A stretch of DNA of 64,000 bases from Sedimentisphaerales bacterium (GTDB lineage Bacteria; Planctomycetota; Phycisphaerae; Sedimentisphaerales; Anaerobacaceae), in contig JAXGYC010000007.1 of NCBI GenBank assembly GCA_040772485.1, forward strand, positions 768,001 to 832,000, in the 5' to 3' direction. Each line of letters starts with the position of its first letter. The first letter of the stretch is position 1. Below are positions 10,445-18,152 of this stretch, in pieces. A program made the translations under genes and the position numbers. The notes beneath the pieces were generated by a model. The model saw only the letters and a list, made by a program, of their open reading frames with translations. It ran no database searches and was not told the origin of the DNA.

Positions 10445-11485
10445 TCAGGACGCGGCTGCGACGTCGGCGAGCACCAAGAGGGCTTCGTCGATGTCGTTCC
10501 GCTCGATGCCGTAGTGTGTGACCGCTCGAACCCGGCCGGGCCCCGAGCAGAGCATCTTCACACCTCGTTCGGCCAGCCGCGACACGAGCGCCTCGGCCGA
10601 CAGCCCTTCGCGCACCACGTCGAAGTACACGATGTTGGTCTGCACGCCAGCCAGGTCGACCTCCAGTCCGGGCAAGCCCGCAATGCCTTGAGCGAGGCGG
10701 GCGGCATTGTCGTGGTCGTCCCGAATTCTGTCGATCATCGTCTCCAGCGCCACAATGCCCGCCGCCGCGATGATTCCCGCCTGCCGCATGCCGCCGCCGA
10801 GAATCTTGCGGGTGCGCCGCGCCTCGTCGATTAACCGCTTCGAGCCACAGATGACCGAGCCGATCGGCGCAGCCAGTCCTTTCGACAGGCAGACGCTCAC
10901 GGAATCGACCGCCTGCGTAAGGGCCTTGACGTCGACGCCCAACGCGACAGCCGCGTTGAAGATCCGCGCCCCGTCGAGGTGAAGCGACAGGCCATGCTCT
11001 CGGGCCAGGGCCGCCACGGCTTGCGTGTATTCCGCCGACAGGACCGCCCCGCCGCATCGATTCTGCGTGTTCTCCAGGCAGATCAGACGCGTTCGCGGAA
11101 AGTGCACGTTGTCCGGGCGGATCGCCGCGCGGATGTCCTCCAGACGCAGCGTTCCATCACGCTGATTTGGAACCGTGTGCGGGTGGATGCCCCCAAGGGC
11201 GCTGATTCCGCCGGCCTCATAGTAGAATGTGTGTGACTGGTCCCCGAGGATCACTTCGTCGCCCCGGCCGCAGTGCGTCAGAACACAGACGAGGTTGCCC
11301 ATCGTTCCGCTGGCGACCAGCAGAGCGGCCTCCTTGCCGACCAGATCGGCCAGTCTCCGCTCCAACCGTTGCACCGTCGGGTCTTCGCCGAATACGTCGT
11401 CCCCGAGTTCGGCCTCATAGATCGCCTGCCTCATCTGAGGCGACGGCAGCGTCACGGTGTCGCTTCGCAGATCAATCGTCTTCAT
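10445..11485 (-). CDS. ltaE: Low-specificity L-threonine aldolase
   Basis: IDLRSDTVT, GDDVFGEDP, SGTMGN, HLDGARIFNA, CLSKGL.APIGS, GGGMRQAG. Confidence 0.96.
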   Translation of the reverse strand: MKTIDLRSDTVTLPSPQMRQAIYEAELGDDVFGEDPTVQRLERRLADLVGKEAALLVASGTMGNLVCVLTHCGRGDEVILGDQSHTFYYEAGGISALGGIHPHTVPNQRDGTLRLEDIRAAIRPDNVHFPRTRLICLENTQNRCGGAVLSAEYTQAVAALAREHGLSLHLDGARIFNAAVALGVDVKALTQAVDSVSVCLSKGLAAPIGSVICGSKRLIDEARRTRKILGGGMRQAGIIAAAGIVALETMIDRIRDDHDNAARLAQGIAGLPGLEVDLAGVQTNIVYFDVVREGLSAEALVSRLAERGVKMLCSGPGRVRAVTHYGIERNDIDEALLVLADVAAAS

Positions 11486-11538
11486 ATTCCGGCTGCCCGT
11501 CATCGTATGGAATTCGCCATGCCTTGTTGCGAACACGG

Positions 11539-11567
11539 ACGATAGCAGTCCCGGCCCGTCCTGTCAA
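11539..11567 (-). promoter_or_regulatory. Putative sigma70 promoter of ltaE
   Basis: TTGACA-17 bp-TATCGT on the minus strand. Confidence 0.55.
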
Positions 11568-11652
11568 TCCGCCCCTCCGCAACGGCGCGACGGGTTGCGG
11601 GCCGCGTCTTTTTTCGCTTTGGGCCGGGCCGGACACGGCGTAGGATGGTGGC

Positions 11653-11892
11653 ATGCTGATTGTAGCACGGACTATGTACATCCTGGGCGGCTTTCTCATC
11701 CTGGGATCGCTGGCCGCTCATATCTACGCCAGGATCTGGCTGCGTCCCCGCAACGACTCCGAGCTGGACGAGATCTACTATGAGTTTGAGGACGAGGACC
11801 CTGGATACGCGAGATACTCTCGCTGGCTCAAGGCGACCGTAGCCGCAGGCGCCCTGGGGTTGCTGCTGATGTTCGTGGCGGTGGCCATATAG
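11653..11892 (+). CDS. Small two-TM membrane protein, hypothetical
   Basis: Two hydrophobic segments flank an acidic loop (ELDEIYYEFEDEDP); alternative start 11674. Confidence 0.7.
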   Translation: MLIVARTMYILGGFLILGSLAAHIYARIWLRPRNDSELDEIYYEFEDEDPGYARYSRWLKATVAAGALGLLLMFVAVAI

Positions 11893-12054
11893 GATGGGCT
11901 TTGGCCCATGCGGCGGAGATTCGCGAGGATTCCATGAAACGGCAGAGGCGAACGCTCCGCGGGAAGCGTCCGCCTCGTGTTTCTTTCATTGCCCCGTGGT
12001 GACGAATTATCCGATTCGGACCGGCGACATCCTGTCGATGGTTTGCGATCGGCT

Positions 12055-12369
12055 CTATTCGAATGCGATACCCAGACCGATGACAGCGTCTTTGAGCGTG
12101 GCCTGGCGGTCGACTCTGACGACGCGTCCTCTCTTGATCCGAGCGAACTGCCCTTTCTTCTCGGCCAACTCATCTGTCCGCGGGAAGTTCAACTCGACCA
12201 CAGAGCCCCGACGAATCGGCGTGGTCATTGGAACCGTAATGAAGACTCCCACTTTGCTTATGTTGGCGCTGCGGCCGTTGAAAAAGCGGCCCGCATCGGG
12301 AAGCCACACGCTGACCGGCCACGACAGATCCGTCCGAATCTCCCTGCGTTGTTCCACTGACGTCTCCAT
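12055..12369 (-). CDS. Stand-alone PilZ-domain protein
   Basis: QRREIR (RxxxR) and NISKVG (D/NxSxxG) c-di-GMP motifs; GRVVRV..GLGIAF; AAGGAG RBS. Confidence 0.88.
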   Translation of the reverse strand: METSVEQRREIRTDLSWPVSVWLPDAGRFFNGRSANISKVGVFITVPMTTPIRRGSVVELNFPRTDELAEKKGQFARIKRGRVVRVDRQATLKDAVIGLGIAFE

Positions 12370-12893
12370 TGTCTGTGTCTCCTTTCTGAGCGGGTATTCC
12401 AACACAGGGCATTATCGCCAATGTGAATATAGGTGGTTTAGTTCAAACAGTAAGAATTTTGACGATTGTGATCGCTTTTCAGTTCGTATGGTATAGCGGA
12501 CATGGTCGGCCCATATTATCGGGCCGGAACGAGGTTTTTCTTCTGGCCGATACCTGCTTCCGCCCAGATTCATGTTATCGGGCCTGGACAGCCCCCTGAT
12601 GCACCGCCAACCGCTCTGCCGGGCTTGTCAGCGGCAAGCAGAACAGCAGAACCTGGCGAAGTCCTGATGATACCGGACGTATCCGATTCCGGTCGCAGGC
12701 AATGGAGCCATCCCGGACCGGATCGCGCACGCGTTCGAGACGATTTGACGACTGTATGGAGAATGCCGGTTAAGGCGCCGTGCCCTGAGGCCGACATAGC
12801 GTGCAGGCCGGGCGGCCCGTGCGGGTCCGGCCCTCGAACAAGACGGCCGATGGATTCTTGGCAGATCAAGGCCCAGTTGAAGGAGCATCCGGC

Positions 12894-14165
12894 ATGGCCC
12901 AGGCATGTGGAATCAGCAGTGCGACGGACCGCAGCAAGAACAACCAGACCTCCTACCCCGACCTTCTGCACACCCTCGTGTGGAACGCCATCATGGACAA
13001 TGCCACCGATGTGCACCTGCACTGTGTAGATGAAGGAGTCCGCGTCATCCACCGGGTCGACGGCGTGATCGTTCCGAAGGCTGTGCTGCCGTTGATGGAA
13101 GGCCGGCGTCTGCTGAACCAGCTCAAGAGCGCCGCCGGTCTGACCGTCGTCCGTTCGTTCGCGCCTCTGGAGGGCCAGATGGACTGGCACGATGAGGATA
13201 CCACATGGGAGATCCGCGTGACGCTGACACCCGTCCGCGAGCGCGAATCGGCGCACCTGCGACTGCTGAGCGCGCCCAGGGACAGTTGGGACCTCTGCGG
13301 CCTGGGCTTTTCCACTACCGATCGCGACAGGATTGCCTCAACGGTCCGTTCGCTCAGCGGCCTGGTTCTGGTGACCGGCCCGACCGGATCGGGCAAAACG
13401 ACCACGATGTACGGACTGGCGTCGCTGACCGACCTGCGAACCACGACGACCTATTCCATCGAGGACCCTGTAGAATTCAAGCTGCCTTTCGCCCAGCAGA
13501 TCGAGGTGGACGAGCAACACGGTCTGACGATGCACGAGGGTCTGCGCACGATCCTGCGGATGGACCCCGACCTGATCCTGATCGGCGAGATTCGCGACAA
13601 GGACTCGGCGATCGTGGCGGCCCGGGCGGCGCTGTCGGGCCGGCTGGTGCTGGCGACGATTCACGCGCGGGACGCCGCCGGAGCGGTCGACGCCCTGCAC
13701 TATCTGGGCGTTCCGCACCACATTATCGGCAGCTCCCTGCGGCTGGTGATCGCCCAGAACCTCCTGCGGCAGGTGTGCGGCCAGTGTGCCCAGCCGCGAG
13801 AGCTGGACGAGAATGAGACAGACGTGTTCGCGCGGCTCGGCATGAACGCTCCCAAAGAGCTGCTGCACCCGGGCAGTTGCGCCGAGTGCGGCTGGTACGG
13901 CTACAAGGGACGTACCGGAATCTTCGAAGTCGCACCGGTTGACGACGAGGTCGGCGCCCTGATCAGCGCGGGCGCTCGCCATCGTGAACTCGTCGAAAGA
14001 CTCCGCGCCAAAGGCATCCGGTCGATGACCCAGGACGGCCTGGCCAAGGTCGCCGCCGGGATCACCACGATGGAAGAGATCTTCCGTATCAACGCCTACG
14101 CCCGAAGCGAAGAACCCACCGGGCAGAAGGACAATGCCGAACCGGTCGAAGCGTCGGTAGGTTAG
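12894..14165 (+). CDS. GspE/PulE/PilB-family secretion/pilus assembly ATPase (no long N-terminal domain)
   Basis: ATDVH..RVDG, GPTGSGKTTT, SIEDPVE, LRMDPDLILIGEIRD, CxxC..CxxC, GYKGRTGIFE; AAGGAG RBS. Confidence 0.92.
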   Translation: MAQACGISSATDRSKNNQTSYPDLLHTLVWNAIMDNATDVHLHCVDEGVRVIHRVDGVIVPKAVLPLMEGRRLLNQLKSAAGLTVVRSFAPLEGQMDWHDEDTTWEIRVTLTPVRERESAHLRLLSAPRDSWDLCGLGFSTTDRDRIASTVRSLSGLVLVTGPTGSGKTTTMYGLASLTDLRTTTTYSIEDPVEFKLPFAQQIEVDEQHGLTMHEGLRTILRMDPDLILIGEIRDKDSAIVAARAALSGRLVLATIHARDAAGAVDALHYLGVPHHIIGSSLRLVIAQNLLRQVCGQCAQPRELDENETDVFARLGMNAPKELLHPGSCAECGWYGYKGRTGIFEVAPVDDEVGALISAGARHRELVERLRAKGIRSMTQDGLAKVAAGITTMEEIFRINAYARSEEPTGQKDNAEPVEASVG

Positions 14166-14259
14166 GCGGGGATTGGACCACCGCTGCGATTCTTGAGCAA
14201 ACCCCCTCAACGGTCCGAGCGTATGGACCCAAGGCATTACCGCCCTTGGGGGTTGGTAC

Positions 14260-15066
14260 ATGGACGTTGCCGGAAAACGTGGCTTCACCTTGATCGAGCT
14301 GCTGGTCGTCGTCGCGATCATCGCCCTGCTGATCGCCATTCTCATGCCGGCCCTGCAAAGGGCCAGGGAGCAGGCCCGGGCCGTGATCTGCCTGCACAAC
14401 CTGCGCCAGTGGGGCCTGGCCACCTCGCAGTACGCCACCGAATTCGACGGCATCCTCTGGCCGGAATCCTATCCGCTCGGCGGCGACGTGCAGACCGTCC
14501 CCGGCGACTGGATGGAGATGTTGCGCCCGTACTATGAGGATGTGGACAAGAGCCGCGTCTGCCCCTCGGCGAGCCGGCCCTCGGTCGATGACCAGAGCAC
14601 AGAGATGCGCGGGGGCATCCACCATGCCTGGGGCCGGCCCCGCCAGGCGTCCGACCCGAGTTCGCGTGACTTCATCTCCAAGGCCGATTTCTGGGGCAGC
14701 TACGGCATGAACCGCTGGATCACCGATCCGGTGGAGAAGGACCAGCGGTACTGGAAATATGCCTTCGAGCGAAACACCGAGGGGATCCCGGTCTTTGTCG
14801 ACTGCATCCACTGGCACCTGCGGCCCCAGGACACCGACCGGCTGCCGAGCCAGCCGCTGGTGGTCTTCAGCGACTTTCCCGAGAACGGTCAAGGCGGCAC
14901 CCAGATCTGGCGCACTTTCCTTGAACGCCACAATCACGCCACCCAGGCCAGCTTCCTCGACGGCTCCGCGCGCAAAATCCCCCTTTGGGATCTCTGGAAC
15001 CAGCGCTGGCACCGCGAGTTCCGCCGACAGGAGTACCATCGCTCCGACTTCGCATTCCTGCGGTGA
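14260..15066 (+). CDS. Prepilin-type cleavage/methylation protein with H-X9-DG motif (DUF1559-like)
   Basis: [60 protein letters not shown]. Confidence 0.92.
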   Translation: MDVAGKRGFTLIELLVVVAIIALLIAILMPALQRAREQARAVICLHNLRQWGLATSQYATEFDGILWPESYPLGGDVQTVPGDWMEMLRPYYEDVDKSRVCPSASRPSVDDQSTEMRGGIHHAWGRPRQASDPSSRDFISKADFWGSYGMNRWITDPVEKDQRYWKYAFERNTEGIPVFVDCIHWHLRPQDTDRLPSQPLVVFSDFPENGQGGTQIWRTFLERHNHATQASFLDGSARKIPLWDLWNQRWHREFRRQEYHRSDFAFLR

Positions 15067-15096
15067 TCGGCCCAGCCGGCGCGCCGAGACCGCGAT

Positions 15097-15411
15097 TCAC
15101 CGTCGGATCTCGTCCAGATGCTCCAAGGCCTGAATGCCACGGTCTTCGTCGACGTGCTTGACGCGGACGTACAGGTGATTGCGGTGGTGCCAAAGGATTC
15201 TGGCGGCCTCGTCCAGGCTGTGGTGCGTCACGAGTCTTCGCGGGTCGGACCACTGCGATTCGCAGCAGTCGCACTGGCCGCGGTGCCGGTCGTACCACCA
15301 GAGCTGGAACCCGCCGAAACCGCGAAACTGGTCCCCCTTGATGCCGAAGACGTGCTCGGCATAGAGCAACTGCTTGATGTGCGTCTTGTCTTTGACCTCG
15401 ATCGGCTTCAT
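15097..15411 (-). CDS. Hypothetical protein (104 aa)
   Basis: Protein-like composition (FQLWWYD..CDCCESQW); own promoter-like sequence at 15489-15517. Confidence 0.6.
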   Translation of the reverse strand: MKPIEVKDKTHIKQLLYAEHVFGIKGDQFRGFGGFQLWWYDRHRGQCDCCESQWSDPRRLVTHHSLDEAARILWHHRNHLYVRVKHVDEDRGIQALEHLDEIRR

Positions 15412-15488
15412 CGCTCTGGCCCGCCCAAGTAACGCTCCCCTCAGACAGCCCAAGAATCGAAGCAGGATCACATCGAAGTTCGGCAGTC

Positions 15489-15517
15489 ATCGTATCGCCC
15501 TTGTGCCCGAGAGTCAA
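15489..15517 (-). promoter_or_regulatory. Putative sigma70 promoter for 15097..15411
   Basis: TTGACT-17 bp-TACGAT. Confidence 0.55.
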
Positions 15518-15529
15518 TCCTGTCTCATC

Positions 15530-16727
15530 CTGAGTCATCCCCAGTTTTGACCGAGGAGTTCGTGCTTCAAGCGGCGCAAGAGATACTGGCAGGTGGGGAG
15601 AGGGCAGGTTTGCATGAACAGGCCGATGGTGAAGAGACTGCATTCGCCCGTCCGGTTGTTGGAGCACCACCGGCCGGGGCGGAATCGTTCGGAGGCGTAC
15701 AGGCCGACCGTCACCAGGAGCAGATACGCCAAGGCCAGAATAAGCAGAAACCGACTCAAACGCTGGGAATCCTTGATCTGGATCAAACGCAGAGCAAACC
15801 CATTGCGTTTGTTTTTCACGTCACGAAAGTACTCTTCAATGCTCATCCGCCGCGCAAAGACCTTGGACAAGACTTGGGCGCGAAGGTGCTCTTCGTCCGT
15901 CATCAGATACCAGGGTTCCGACTGATCCGGCAGCCAAACCACAGCCACGTCCTGCACGACGGGCCGCTCTTTGCGATACGAGACGTGGCGTAGCAGGTGT
16001 CTCTGGCCCCGATGGATCGGGTAATCCGCCAGGCGACCGGTGAACCGCGAACTGCTCACCCACACCGACGGCTGGATGCGGATGATGTAATGGAACTTCA
16101 GTTCCTGGCACACGCGGGCCATCTCCGTTCGACCGAACCCCCGATCGGCGAGAAGCGTCACCCGGACCGAAGCGGCCACCATGGTGTGAAACAGACGCAG
16201 CAACCCGTATTCCAGATTGTTCTGCGAGCGATAGACCTCCTCGTAACGGTACACCGCCCACAGCAAAGGCAAGGCCCGGCCTCGCAGACGAGCCGCCAGG
16301 ACCAGGCACTGAAAGTGGCGGATATCCACCCAATCGAGGCTCACCAGCAGCTTTTTTCGGGGTTGGGCGAGCCACTGGACCACGCCCCGCATCGCTTCGC
16401 TCGGCTCGACCCGAGTGTTTCCTACAAAGCGGTCGACCCGCTTGATCCCCTGCTTGGCGGCCAGCGCCGATTGCCCCGCCAATGCCCGTCCCAGTTGGGC
16501 CAGCGAGGCCCGCACCACGATCATCGCCGCCGGAACCAAGACGCTCAAGGTTTTGGCCTGCGAGAGCCGAAGACAAGAGCATACCGAACGTACAAAATCC
16601 GAAATCTCCTGGCGTTTCATGGTCGACTCCTTTCGATCGAGTTGGCATTGTGATTTCTTTCACCAACTCTCATCGTCAAAGAGTCGACCTTTTCATTGGG
16701 CCCTACCTTAAACTGGGGATGATTCAG
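15530..16727 (-). mobile_element. Intact IS4-family insertion sequence (1198 bp)
   Basis: TIRs CTGAGTCATCCCCAGTTT / CTGAATCATCCCCAGTTT (17/18 match). 9-bp direct repeat TGTCTCATC at 15521-15529 and 16728-16736. Confidence 0.95.
15535..16620 (-). CDS. IS4-family DDE transposase
   Basis: SLDW (D1), LLADRGFG (D2), FARRMSIEEYFRDVK (YREK-like motif with the catalytic E); stop codon lies inside the TIR. Confidence 0.93.
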   Translation of the reverse strand: MKRQEISDFVRSVCSCLRLSQAKTLSVLVPAAMIVVRASLAQLGRALAGQSALAAKQGIKRVDRFVGNTRVEPSEAMRGVVQWLAQPRKKLLVSLDWVDIRHFQCLVLAARLRGRALPLLWAVYRYEEVYRSQNNLEYGLLRLFHTMVAASVRVTLLADRGFGRTEMARVCQELKFHYIIRIQPSVWVSSSRFTGRLADYPIHRGQRHLLRHVSYRKERPVVQDVAVVWLPDQSEPWYLMTDEEHLRAQVLSKVFARRMSIEEYFRDVKNKRNGFALRLIQIKDSQRLSRFLLILALAYLLLVTVGLYASERFRPGRWCSNNRTGECSLFTIGLFMQTCPLPTCQYLLRRLKHELLGQNWG

Positions 16728-16860
16728 TGTCTCATCCTGGTGGCTTCAGGCCAAGTGCAAATCACCCATAGCTCGGTGCAGTTTTGCCTTGTTTCTCAGC
16801 GGGATGGACTGGATAATGAGGGTGGTTGGAAGCCAAAGGCCAGGCAGCGGAGAACACGCG

Positions 16861-17265
16861 ATGAACAGAGCCATTGTGCGCATCACGATCGTCGGGGTGA
16901 TCCACCTGCTGATGTTTGAGACCCTCTGCCGGTGGTCCGTTCACTGGCGTGAGAGCAGCGAGGAGTTGGTGCGCCTGCTGCTCCTGCTGCTCTTGCTCGT
17001 CGGCCTGGTGTGGGCGACGTCCCCGGCATTCGGGAAGGTGAGCGGACGAACAAGGCGAGTCCTGTGCCGAGCTGCCCTCGTCGTGGGGCTCTTCGCCGGC
17101 CTCTATGCCGTGGACTACTTTTACTTCTGGCACATCCGCCCGAACCTCGGGCTATACGAAGAACCCGACTGGGTGGCCCAGCACCCGGGCTTTCAGAGAT
17201 CCTTGCGGGCGAGGATCGAGGCCAACATGTGGAGTCCCGCGACGAAGGCGGACACATCACTGTAG
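16861..17265 (+). CDS. Hypothetical membrane protein (3 predicted TM)
   Basis: GGAG RBS, three hydrophobic stretches, upstream TTGTTT-17-GATAAT. Confidence 0.65.
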   Translation: MNRAIVRITIVGVIHLLMFETLCRWSVHWRESSEELVRLLLLLLLLVGLVWATSPAFGKVSGRTRRVLCRAALVVGLFAGLYAVDYFYFWHIRPNLGLYEEPDWVAQHPGFQRSLRARIEANMWSPATKADTSL

Positions 17266-17317
17266 ACTCATGTCTCGTCCGCATTGGCGCCGCGCCCATC
17301 TGGTTGTGTGATCGACA

Positions 17318-18118
17318 TCAGTCCGGACGGGAACCGGTCTTCCGAGAAGATGTGCGAGCCAGTTGAACGAGGTAGCCGTAGATCGCGTTGGTGTGATTCG
17401 GGTCTTTCTCCATCATGGCTTCGGGATGCCACTGGACGAATAGCCCCAGGCCGCCGTCGGTCCGTTCGACGGCTTCGACCACACCGTCGTCGGCGCGGGC
17501 GACGGGCTTGAGCCCCTGGCCGATCCGGTCGACCGCCTGGTGGTGCGAGGAATAGACCATCGCGGTCTCGGCGCCGAGGAGTCGGGCCAGCGTGCTATCC
17601 GGTGCGATCGTCACACGATGATAGACCTTCTTGTGGTTCACATCGGTCCCGACCAGCGAGGGGATGTCCTGGATCATACTGCCGCCTGAGACGGCGTTGG
17701 TGAACTGCATGCCCAAACAGACTCCCAGGACCGGTTTGCCGCTCGCCATCCAACGGGCGATCAGCATGCTGTCAAACCGGGTCCGTCGTTCGGGAAGCAC
17801 CTCGGTGGTCTCGTGCGGCGTCTGGCCGTACATCGAAGGCGGAATGTCGCGCCCGCCGACCAGCACCAGGCCGTCCAGCTCCTCGACGTAGCAATCCACC
17901 GCCTCCTTGCTGTCGATAGGCGGCAGGACCAATGGGATGCCTCCGTTGCGAAGCACCGCCTCCACATAGGAGATGTCGACCTCGCTGACCTGACGCTTCT
18001 CGTCGTAGGCCGTCGTGATACCGATCAACGGTTTGCCCGAGACGTGGGTGCGAGCGTTCCGACACCCGGGGGCACATACCCATACGACCAACAGCAGTAT
18101 GACAGCAACTTTCTTCAT
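17318..18118 (-). CDS. Peptidase C26 / gamma-glutamyl-gamma-aminobutyrate hydrolase family, probable lipoprotein
   Basis: KPLIGIT, DGLVLVGG.DI.P..YG, LGVCLGMQ (Cys nucleophile), SSHHQAV, VQWHPE; N-terminal MKK-hydrophobic-APGC. Confidence 0.9.
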   Translation of the reverse strand: MKKVAVILLLVVWVCAPGCRNARTHVSGKPLIGITTAYDEKRQVSEVDISYVEAVLRNGGIPLVLPPIDSKEAVDCYVEELDGLVLVGGRDIPPSMYGQTPHETTEVLPERRTRFDSMLIARWMASGKPVLGVCLGMQFTNAVSGGSMIQDIPSLVGTDVNHKKVYHRVTIAPDSTLARLLGAETAMVYSSHHQAVDRIGQGLKPVARADDGVVEAVERTDGGLGLFVQWHPEAMMEKDPNHTNAIYGYLVQLARTSSRKTGSRPD

Positions 18119-18152
18119 AGACCTGCCTCAAACCTGTCAAATGGGGTCAACA

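Noticed and set aside
12502..13029. Upstream ORF as a frameshifted N-terminal domain of the ATPase
   Set aside because: It has no MshEN or GspE N-terminal motifs, its composition looks non-coding, and the ATPase has its own AAGGAG RBS at 12894.
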